A stretch of DNA of 60,000 bases, from NCBI GenBank assembly GCA_013265495.1, contig MU058714.1:1366001-1426000 (forward strand), read 5' to 3'. Each line of letters opens with the position of its first letter. Within the stretch, counting starts at the first letter, position 1. This stretch comes from Vicugna vicugna (Eukaryota). Shown here piece after piece: positions 26,301-41,861 of the stretch. The notes beneath the pieces are model-generated. The model ran no database searches and was not told the origin of the DNA. It was given only the letters and a program-made list of their open reading frames with translations. The position numbers and the translations under genes were made by a program.

Positions 26301-26819
26301 AGTCTGTTAAGGACACCATCTGGCACCCAGATGCGTATCATCTAGGCCAGAGAGGTACGCTAATGGAGTTGCTCAAAGTCTTGCCCTCTGGATCCCAGTC
26401 TGGGCCCCCAGTCAGGACTCTGTCCATCCCCTGGCGCTGCCCCTCACCAGATTCAGTCACAGCTCTGTGCGGCCGGCCAGGGCTGCCAGGCTGGTTGGTG
26501 AGGGTGTGTTGTCTCCTGCAAGCACTGGCCCTTCTTTCTCCCAGCCGCCCCACTGGAGCGCCTTCACCCCTTCTCTTTCTGAGAATCATCCCCACTTGTT
26601 CAAAGGTTGGTCCTTGGTGCCGCCGCTGGGTATCCCAGCGGGACAGTGCATCTTACCAAAGCCTGGAGATCTCAGGCAGCACAAGGCAGGGTGGCGAGGT
26701 GGCGCCTGGGGCCCGGCCCTCCGCCAGGCCAGCAGGCAGGGCAGGGAGGGCCAGTGGAGTAATTTTTGGAGAAGAAGGTGGAGGAAGGAGGGGGAGCGAG
26801 CGCTTCACGGGGCCATGAG

Positions 26820-27850
26820 GCTACCCGAAGTCCCTGGCGTGACCTTCCCAGCCGCGGGGACAAAGGCCGACAGGGCGGGCGGCGCCTTTAAGGACTTGGC
26901 GCGGCGGGGTCGGTGCCAGGAGGCGCCGGGCGCGCCCCGGGGGAGCCGCGCCGCAGGCGGAGGAGAGCGGGCGCTGCCGGCCAGAGGCCCCTGGCGCGCC
27001 CTGCGTGGTCACTTGCCCCCGTTTCCCACTTGCTCCGGGTGGGGGCTGGGCGGCCGGGGTTCTCCCCTCTTCCCCCGACGCTGGCTCCGCTTGGTGGGGG
27101 CGGAGAGCTCCGCGCTGGATGCGCGGGGGGCTGGGGGGAGCCCTGGAGGTGGGTAGCGCAGGGAAGGCCGGGGGGCGCGTCGGAACCCCTGTCCGGGGCC
27201 CGGGGCCTTCGGAGCAGGAGAGAGTGAGGTCCTGGGCTCCCCGCTCCGCCCGGCCGCCCCGGGCTCGTGGAAAGGAACGGAGATGCCGCCCGAACCCCGG
27301 CGGAGAGTCGGCGGGCCGCGGGGGGTGCGGGCCGGGGCGAGGGTCGCGGTCCCTCCCCCCGGTCCGCGGGCCCGGAGCCCGAACTCGGGAGGAAGCGTGG
27401 GCGCGGGGCTCCAGAGCGCAGCAGCTCCCGGCGACCACTCTGCCTCCCGTCCCCAGCCCCTCCCCGAGGGCGCGGAGAGCCGGCGTGGGGGGAGAGAGAT
27501 TAGATTTCGCTCCCCTCTCATCAATTTTCTGTTTAATGTCACCGGGCCCCATTGTGGGAGAGGGAAGCACGTCACCCAGGCCATAAATTTGCGATTATGG
27601 CGCCTCCGGCCGCCTCCCCGTTCTAGGGACCGGGCGGACTCGGGCGAGCAGGTCGGACACCGGCCGCCCGGACCGGAGCCGGAGCCGCCTTGGAGCCGCC
27701 GAGCGGTAGGTGCTTCGCGCCGTTTCTCCCGATGCGGGTCCGGGGCGCCCGGCTCCGCCCGGCCGCCGCCCGCCCTGCGGCGCAGTTTCCAAAGGGCTTT
27801 TGTTTCTGGCTGGGATGTAGGGACTTTGATTTTTCCCCACCCGCCCCGGG
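26820..27850. promoter_or_regulatory. CpG island ~8 kb upstream of BAHCC1
   Basis: Dense CpG with an embedded AT-rich homeodomain-motif block at 27495-27600. Confidence 0.8.
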
Positions 27851-30800
27851 GGGCCTTTTGCATCGGAAATTACTGCTATTAAAAAATACAAATGCAAAGC
27901 AAACAAAATCAATTCCGGCAGAAAGAAAAACCCCCACTTGCGTCTGCCCTTCCACCCACCAGAGCAGATAGCAACCGGCCGGTTTGGGGGTTTGCTTATT
28001 AAAACGGACCTGGACCCAGAGCCTGCCAGAGACCCAGCCCTGGTGGAATGTGCTCGCAAAGGCCCCGCTCGCAGTGCCGCGGGAGCAGGCCGCAGCAGTG
28101 GAGGGCCTGGCAAAAATGACCCAGGACAGGCTTCTCTGGCCATCCTGGCTTGGGCTGTTGGAAGAGAGTTCTCTGGGGAGTCTCCCTTTGGGACACTTTC
28201 CTGTCCCCCCTCCACATTACCTCCTGTATGGGGTATTGGTGCGTCATGAATTGAGGTGGACCATGTATTTGTGCAGGTCAGAAGAAAACAGACCTATTGA
28301 ATGATTTTTAATTAAATGAATCAGTTGTCCTGTTAACAAAGGAGGCGGAGGCCATGCTCAGGCCAGGCGGGACGGGGTCGTGTAGCGGAGCCCACCAGCC
28401 CCACTGCCTGCCTCTGAAGCCTGGGAGGAAAGAGCTTTGCTGCAGGCCTGGGGCTGTTCTGTGGGAATTTTGATGGGAATAATTTATTTCTGGTCTATAT
28501 ATGCCGCAAGTAACCAAGCCAAGGACTCAACACCCATTTGGCCCCAGCCCAATCCAGCCCGCCCCCAGAAATAAGAGAGGAGGACAAGGTGCTTGTCACC
28601 TTCCCAGCCCTGGGCAGTCTGGGGAGGGAGTCCTCAGCCTCAGGGAAAAGACCCAGGGCTACAGGACAGGCTGCGGGTGTGGTTCCAGGGGCAGGTGGTT
28701 AGTGCGGTGGTGCTGGGGATGAGAGCTGGGCCAGGGTGGGAGTAGGGAGCTTGGCCCAACAACTTCACGGTAGGAAGGGAACAGGAGGGTGGGTGTGTGG
28801 CTGGGCCTGGGTTTTGTGTGTCAGTAGCAAATCCCAGCAGACAGCCCCTTACCCTCGGGAGCCCTCTGCTGGGCCAGCTGCCGGAGGGGGAGCCGGGCAG
28901 TGGCTGGGGCTTTTCCAAGTCTGGGAAGGTGAAGAAACAGCAGGGAGGCTGGTGTCAAGGTTCCTGCCCACTCATGGGCAGGGGTGGCAAGGGGCAGTGC
29001 CGCTCCCGCTGCCTGAGCTCAGAAACTGGTTTTCCGAGGAACTTTGCTGGACAGATGTGGTGGGGCTGGGGGCAGATGAGCTGTCCCCTGCAGACTCGGG
29101 GTTGGCGGTCCCAGTCCCTGTCCTTTCGTTTCTACTCCTGGCCTGGCTGGCCTGCTCCGGCTCTGCCTGGGCCAGCTGGATTTTATCAGAGACCCTGACA
29201 CCCTCAGCCCTCTCCCCTCTCCCAGGGCCCTCCCACCAGTGCGAGACCAGGCCCCGGGAAGTCCAGCCCTGGAGGCCCGTCCAGACGGACCCTGACAGTG
29301 ACATGTGTAAACACACCCAAACACACAGCCTTAACCTAGCAGAGCAGCGCAGGCAGCAACTGCTTACTTGGCATTTCCCTTGGCTGGGCAGGGCCGCAAG
29401 GCCGGGTCTGGAGGGAGGCAGGTGTCCTTCCAGGGAGGGCGTGCAGCCAGGCTCTGGTTAGGGGGTGTTCCTAGAAGCACTGAGTAACCTGCCCCTCGTT
29501 AGGCCCTGCCAGAGCTTTTGTCCCCACGAGGGGCAGTTCCAGCCGCTAAGCCACCCACCCCGATCTCCACAGGCCAGCTCGGGGCACCAGTCATCAGTGG
29601 GGCCCTTCATTATGGCAAGAAGATGGAGGGCCCATTTTGAAACACCTAAGTGAATTCTTGCCCCCGGTTTCAGCTTTAGAGGGTGAGTTCAGATCCCCAG
29701 AGGACCTGCTTCCCTCTCTGTCCCACAGCCACCCTGAAGGGCCAGTCTTGGGGTGGGGGACAGCCTGGCACTGCTGATTCCTTTAGAGGCTCCTTGGGTC
29801 CCCTGCCTTCCTCCAGCCTAGATGACAAAGTGACCAGGAGGCTGGAGGGGCAGGACAGAAGGGAGTGGGGAGGCTCTCCTCTCCTCAGGCCCTCCTCCCC
29901 CAACCCTGAGGGGTCCCAGGCGTCCCCCCAACCCATCTCCCATTTAATAGTAATAACAATCACATGGTCACTAATAAAAGGTCAGGGAGGAGGCTGGCAA
30001 TGCGATGCTCCTTCCAGTTTATGAAAATCATTTCAACTTAACCCAGGCGGGCCTCCTGTTTGATAACCTCACACAGCCAGCACCCTGAATTATTCTTTCC
30101 GTGTGAACACACCAGCTTATATTTAGCCACAAATTACAACTCTTGTGTTTAACAGCACCTCTTCTGGGCCGAGGGGGCTGGGCAGCCTCCTGACCTGGTT
30201 GGACAAACCAGCAACAGAATTAAGCACCCCTCAAGAGGGAGGGGGCCCGGGAAAGCTGTTGATCTGACTTCAAAGTCTGGCTCCCCTGCTGCTCTCCTTG
30301 CCTTTTAAAACTTCCAGCCACATCCCCAAGTCTGTCTTGGAGCCTGTCAGTGGCCCACAGAGACCAGCTGTGTCTCTCTGACCTTCCAGGGGGCTCCCAC
30401 TGAGCAGGGCTCGGGCCTCAGCACACGGGCCCTTGACTCAGGCCTGAGCTGGGGCCTTTAAGAAGGGATTCAGCCCAGTGCACAGGGCTGGGAGATGCTG
30501 GAGGAAAGCCTCCTTCGGGAGGTGTGACCGGAGGGGCCTCCCGGCCTGGCCTGGCTCCTGATAACTCTTCACCCTCTGTCGGCTGCTCCCCCGCCCCTGG
30601 GCCTCAGAGCAGCCCCCGCCCCTGCCGCCCAGCCCGCTGGGCCCCTGCAGGCCTGCTAGATAGTGAAGGGGCTGCAGCTGGACCGCTCGCTTTGTTGTCA
30701 GTGGGGTGGCCCTGCTCCCTTGGCCTTCCTCTCCCCTCCAAAATCAGCCTGCCCCAACAAAGCTTAAGTCCCCCCGAAACAAGGCAACGAAAGAAGGCCA

Positions 30801-31879
30801 CCCCTAGTCTAGGCACAGATTCCCGTGCAGCACCTTGGGGAGGATCCTCGGGATCCCGGTGGGGGGCTTCGCAACCCCACTCAGCCAAAGCCAAGGGCAC
30901 CTGGGAAGGCAGGGGTGCAGCTGCTCTGGTCACCTAGTGAGTGGCAGCCAGGGTGGAAGGCAGGGGCTTCTGGGTCCTGGGAGGGGAGCTGGTGCACTCT
31001 GACCTTCCCCTGCCCCTCCAGCGCACCAGCCAAAGGCCCAGCTGCAAAGAACCACCTCCTACATCTGCTGGCAGAAGACTTCCTTCAGGGGGATGGAGTG
31101 GGGGCCCACCTGGCTTCCTGGAGGCTCTGGAGGCTGAAGTGGTACTGAGGCTGAGCTCTAGCCAGGAAACTTCTGGGAATGCATCTGATTTTTTTTAACC
31201 CCACTTACTTGAGAGGAAGGCTGCGAACCCCTAATCCCATCCCTGTCCTTGAGAACTGAGCAGGCCATGTAACCAGCCAGATTCTGGGTGGGGTGAGGTG
31301 ACACTACCCTCCAGTTGAGGGAGGGTAGGGGGTGCTGTGAACCGCTTCAGCCCCGACTGGGGCCCTAGTTCATCCCGCTCCCCCCACTGTATGAGGGGCA
31401 AGTGTAAAACTTGATTCCAGCCCGTCTCCAGCCGGGCCTGCCTGCACTCTCGCCCAGCGAGAGCTGGCCCCCTGTGCCTCTGATGGGAAGAATTAAGAGT
31501 CGATTTTTGTCAAGAAATTGTTTCTAATTTGCCCTTTGACTAATGGCCCAGGGAACAATGGACAGACACCCATCACAATTACCCACCGCAGGTCTGCTGC
31601 TCCCTCGCCCAGGCAGGCATTTATTTGGAGCAGCGACTAATTCACAATTTTATGTAACTCCCCTAACACCTCCACCCCCTTGCGCAAAAAATGATGATTT
31701 ATTTCATGGTTTCACACAGCGGGATGGTGGTCCTCCGGGAGTGAGGAGCCCTGGAGCCCTCTCAGGGGAGCAGTGCGTGGCACGAGTGCAGGGAGGGGCC
31801 CTAGGGCTGGGGAAAGGCTCGGGGTGACAGGCCCCTAGGCTGTGTGAGGGAAGGCAGGTTCCTCCAGAGTACTGGTGCC

Positions 31880-32115
31880 AGTGTGTGCTGTGACGTGCTG
31901 GGGTATGATGTGGAAGCTTGTGCATGTATGTCTCATGTGCGTGTGGGAGTGTGACATGCTTTCTGATGCTCCAGTGTGTGCCTGGGTGATGTGTTTGTAT
32001 GCATGTGCCTGTGTGGTGTGTGAGCACGTGAATGTGTGCGTGTAAATGTGTGCACACACGAGACTGCACATGAGTTTGGTATGTGTGCAGGAGCAGAGTG
32101 TGGGGGTGTGATGTG
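31880..32115. repeat. Degenerate TG/CATG-rich low-complexity tract
   Basis: Seen directly. Confidence 0.8.
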
Positions 32116-34529
32116 CCAGCCCAGAGTGGTACCTGCCTGGCCTGTGCTCCTGCTGCAGAGGAAGTGACCAGCGTTCCAGGACGCCCCTGGGTATTGTTCC
32201 AGGCTGGGGCAGGGCATGTGGTCTGGCCAGGCTGTGGGGGCCTCGCCTGACAGAGAGCCCACCCATTTGTGAAACTGTTGGCGACTGCAGAGACCTGGAC
32301 ACCCCAGCTCAACTCTGACCTCACATTTCTACCCCTCCCCTCTGTCCTCTGCCTGGTTCTCCCTCTCTCCCCAGTGGAAGGCCAGCCTGCAGATCTTGAC
32401 ACCATGTTCCTCTCAAATTAAAAACATTTGTTAGCTCTGGACAGCAGGGAGAGTAAAACAGGAAACCGGGAAGGTTTCCTCGGAGCTGATAGCGCGCCCA
32501 GCCAAACATGCCCAGGCCGGGGGAGCCTGGGGAGGCCGCGTCTTCCGAGGGGAACACGGGAGCTGCTGAGGGCCAGGCGCCTGCGCTGGGCAGCTGCCAG
32601 CCCCTGCCGCATCCAGCAGGCCCGTCTGCAGCTATTTGCCGTAACAACTGTTTTGAAACAGTATTGGGGGGGGCACTAGATTTGTTTTAAGTGATGCTGG
32701 GGGGAGAAGGAGGAGGGAAGCCAGGCGGTCAGGGAGCTGCCCACAGACCTCCCCAGGCAGGCTGTGTCTCTCTCTCTCTCTGGATGCGACAGGAGGGGCA
32801 TGGGGGGACAGCACTGGGGGTTCTGAAAGCTGGTTTTCACCCCCTGAATGAGGACTGCAGTGATGGCAAGCTGTAAGGGTCTGAACCGGCCTTGGGAGGG
32901 TAGAGAGGCCCCGAACCCCGGGCTGTCCCCTGTGCTCCTACCTTGCTGGCAGCCTGCTGGTCTCGGACTGTGGCTCGGGGGCACCCCATCAGACAGGCTG
33001 CAGGACCTTTGGAAAATACTCTGCCCGCGGGGATGGGGGCAGGTTTTGGGGGCTCGGAGGGGCTTCCCAGACGGTGCCCCCAGCTCACACACTCTAAAGA
33101 AGAGTAGGGGCTTGGGGGCCTGGCGTCCCCACCCCTCCCCCAAAGGGCGGTCGGGGTCTGGAGCCCCTTCCCGACTCAAGGGCCTGCGGGGCCGCAGCGG
33201 CGCGCGTTCAGGGAGCTCGGAGCAATTCCTGGGACACTGAGGGCTGCCGAGGTGTTCTTTCTCTTGGACGGAGAATTTTTCTCGTATACATTTTTTTCCT
33301 CAAAAAACTTTTTATTTCAAATGGATCTTTAAAACATAAGCATAAAAAAAAGTTTCTGGAGTCGAAAACAAGCTTATCGCAGGCAGGCAGTAAGGGGGAA
33401 CTCCGCTTCCAAAGCAGAATGGGAAACGTGCCGTGGCGAAGGTTGCTCCTCTGGAGGCCGGGACTCCTAGGGCTGCGGGAAGCTGGCGGCGCCTCTGGGC
33501 GCGCAGACGGCACCCTCGGCACGCCAAGGCCAGCGGAGCCTGGGAGGCGGTAGGAGCCCGGCGTGCTCGGGGATGGCACAGGCAGGCGCTCCCGGCCCTA
33601 GCTCTGGCCCCGCCTGGCTCTGCCCAGGGTCCTGGAGCCGAGGCCGCCCCCGCTCCCCCACCCCTCCGAGGGCGCGATTTCTCCGGAGCCGGGCCGGGCT
33701 CTGGTTGGCTTCCCTCGGTGTGCGTGAGAAGCGGGAGGTTTCCGCACGCACCCGCGAGGGCAGGACGCGGAGGAACCCCGCGCCCCCAACACGCTGGGGC
33801 CGAAGCTGTGACTTCATTCTCCTGAAGCCACGGCCCAAGCCCGGTGGTCCGCGCCAGAAACCCCCGCCCCGGCGGCCGCGCCCAGCCTGCGCCGGCCCCC
33901 CCGGGTCCGCACCCGAGACCTAATTCAATCGCTCTCGGCCTAATGAATAGCCGTGCACTAATCGGATCTTCGGGCGCTTTATGGATTTATGCGTGCCGCC
34001 TCTCCTCCCGCGGCCGCCGCACGCCGCCTGGGGTCGCTTCCGAAAGCCTCGGCCTCGGGACTGACCAGAGGCTCCAGCCTTTGGGGGCGGGCATCCTCGC
34101 CATCCAATAGGGGCGTTGCGGGAGCCGGGACCTGGGGCTGCGCGCCCCGTCCTAGGCCCCCGGCCGGGGCTTGCGGAGCCGGGCGCTTACCTGTCAGCCC
34201 CGGGCTCTCCCGAGCTGCCCCGCCAGCCGCGCCGCCCGAGGCGGGCTCCCAATCCCGGAGCTCCGCCCGCGGCCCGAGCCCCCACCCCAGGTCAGAGATG
34301 CCCGCAGGGGAAGGCCGGCCAGAGCCGTGCGCCTGCTTCCCCTTTCTCTTCGGATTCCTTTGATCCACGGGCTCTCGGCGGCACCTCGGCTCCGGGGCTG
34401 CCGGGGTCGGCCCGCGGGGGTCCTGGAAACCGTCCCTAGCTTATCTCCTTTCATCAAGCGGCCTCGGGCCGCCTTGAAACCGCGGAGCCAGTAATTGCTT
34501 TTTTCAGGAGGCACTGTGCGGACTGGACA

Positions 34530-34600
34530 ACAGCCAATCAGCGCCTTGTTTACACTCGGTGATTGACAGCCTGCTGGCGGAGTGCCAGCCAATCCCGGCG
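34530..34600. promoter_or_regulatory. Second NF-Y/FOX/PBX-MEIS(PREP) promoter-like module
   Basis: CCAAT 34534, TGTTTAC 34547, TGATTGACAG 34560-34569, CCAAT 34589. Confidence 0.55.
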
Positions 34601-35669
34601 GCCCCGCGGGAGCGGGCGGGGGGGGCGGGGAAAGGAAGGTGACAACAGAAGGCTTCTGGCTTAACCCATTCGTGTCCCCACCGGAATGAGCCGGCGAAGA
34701 ATTTCTAACGTGTGCGGATGTGTTCATTGGCATCTAGTTTTTAAATACCGTTTTTTTTGTCCCCCAGAAGTGGAGGCAGCGTTCACCTGGAGAACGAGGA
34801 GTAAAAATAATGTATCCATCGCCACTAAGACATCAGCTTGACTCCCGAGAATAAATAGTATTTTGTTGGGAAACCAAATTCTAACAAATATTTATTTGGA
34901 GAATATTTTAAAAAGTAGTTTGCATTTGGTTATCATGAAGGTATTTGTTCAGAGGCTGTCTTTAATTTGGGCGAGGATTTAGCGGAAATACAAGAGAGCA
35001 ACATTGAAAAACACTGTGCACGATTTTCACACTGTGCCTATCAAGGTGAATATATTTTAAAAATCTGGTTGCAGATGAAGAAAGGACAATCTTTGTCTTG
35101 GCCATAAATCTTCTATTTTCATTTTGATCGGTGCTCCATTGCAAAACGTAGCCAAGGGAGATAAAACTGACGGTCCGCAGATACACGGACAGAGACACAG
35201 GACCCTCCCTTCAGGGTCTGACCCCTGGGGTAGGGGAGGAGAAGACCAGGCGGGCGACTCTGGAGCCCGTGCCTGAGTTCGATGAGAGTGGGCGGAGGCC
35301 TCGGAGTGGAGGACGGGCCGGGCAACCCGAGGAGGCCTCGGTGCTTGGAGCTCTGGCCTACCTGTGCCGGGTTCAGCCACCTGCCAGACAGATCCCAAGT
35401 ATTTAAAAAGCATCTGCTTCAGCGGGTGTTGCTGCTTCTTCTCCTGGCCTCTGTGCACCAGACGCCAAACGTTAGACCTGCTGGATTAAATTTAAAAAAA
35501 AAAAAGCAAACGCCTTCCCCTCCGCGTGGACATGCGTTCCCACTCGCCCTGCTCCCTCTCCCGCCCTGCGCCAACACATTCCCATTCAGCAGCAACGATC
35601 TGCGCAGAGGAGCTGCGCAGTCGCCGGGCTTGAATTAGGCGCCATCGGGCTTGGTAGTAGCCCTGCTGC

Positions 35670-35820
35670 TCCCTGATTGGCAGCTCCCTGGCCCGGCGCC
35701 AGCCTATTGGGAGGCCTGTTTACGCCGAATGAGTGGCACGAGCTCCCGGCCGCGGAGGGCCGCTCGGCCAATCAGGGCGCGGGCTGCTCGGGGCTGAGTG
35801 GCACGAGCTTATTAGTATGC
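35670..35820 (+). promoter_or_regulatory. BAHCC1 core promoter
   Basis: ATTGG 35676 (within TGATTGGCAG), ATTGG 35706, TGTTTAC 35717, CCAAT 35768, duplicated TGAGTGGCACGAGCT (35730, 35795), AT-rich TTATTAGTAT at ~35809. Confidence 0.7.
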
Positions 35821-35869
35821 AGGGCCCGTGGCTCGCCGCGCCGGGCTGCAGGTTTGAGAGCCGCTCTGG

Positions 35870-40601
<4,732 letters not shown>

Positions 40602-41805
40602 TAATAGGGACTGCCGGTGTAAGACGGGCAAATCCTGTTTCTATATAAAGCCTTGAAGTGTCAGGGCGAGAATGGGTTTGCAGGGGATGCATTTGCTTTA
40701 ACAAGTGCCTCTGGTATCCTGCTAAAGCCGGACAAAGCGTGGCCAGAGCGCGGCCCAGCCTGGGGGAGGACAGCGCCGGCGCCGGCTCGGCTGGGGGCGG
40801 CGCGGGGGCCGCCTCCGGATTTCGGTGCAGGCGAGTTCGCCGCAAATTTGCTCCAACCGGAGAGAGCCGGGCCGCCCTGCACTCCGGTCTTCTCCCATCC
40901 TCTCCGAGAGAATCGTTCTTTGGCAGAGCTGATCCAGGTCTCCAGAGTAGTCCCCCTTTCGGGTGGCTTCGATATTACTGTTGAGCAAGGTCAGAGGAGA
41001 AGCCGGGCCAGGCAGAGGGTGGCGAAGGGGCCGCTGCCTCGCGGAGACCCTGGAGGTCACTGGGCAGTGCCAACTGAGCTTGCAGGAGCTGGAGGGGCTG
41101 CGCGTGTGGGGACCCGCCGGTCACCCTGGAAGGTTGGCTTGCTTTTTGTTTACAGTTTGCTCTAAACATCAGAGATGTTGTTTGCCACTTTTGTTGTTGT
41201 TGTTAATTTGGCAGTAACAGTTATTATTGCTAGCTTGATGAACTGTGAATACTAATAAAATTATATCTGCTTTAATGGGATTACAATTAGTGCGTGGATT
41301 GAAACGGATGGCAGAGTCAGGCTAGAAGGAAAGGTGTCAGAAGGAAGGGCAGTCAGAGAGAAAAACTTAAATTTCCTAAAAAGAAAAAAATACAAGAAAT
41401 TGCTTAGTCACGAATGGGCTTTTAGCATTCACAACGCGAGGAGATTCAAAAAGTTAGGGCGAGCTGGCAGCGATGGGGCCGGGCTCGGCGCTCTCGCGGA
41501 ATCAGCCCTGTGGCCGCGCCTCCCGCTCCGCGGGAGCCTGTTCTGCTCTTCCTTCTAATCCGCTCCCTCTTCCTTTCTCTCCTCCAGATTTATAACCCAA
41601 AAGAGCAAAGGAACTTGCCTGGGCAATCGCTGATTCTAAAACCTCTGTCCTGGCTGTCCCTGTGGCTGCCTCTCCTGCCCCTGCAGTGGCGATGCTGCCT
41701 GCCCGGCTTGGCCCATACTGGGGGGCTGCGGTCTGGGGCAGGTGGTGGCAGCAGGGACAGTGGCACAGTTGCTCTACCAGCCCCTTCCGGCTGCAGGCTG
41801 GTGCT

Positions 41806-41861
41806 GCCTGCAGAGCGTGGGGGGGTCGAGCCTGCAGAGCGTGGGGGGGTCGAGCCTGCAG
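41806..41861. repeat. 24-bp tandem repeat x2.3 (gcctgcagagcgtgggggggtcga)
   Basis: Two perfect units plus a partial third. Confidence 0.92.

Noticed and set aside
40860..40925. MIR4740-like miRNA
   Set aside because: ccgagagaatcgttctttggc resembles one arm of the human intronic MIR4740 as I recall it, but the complementary arm is not evident, so no pre-miRNA hairpin is supported
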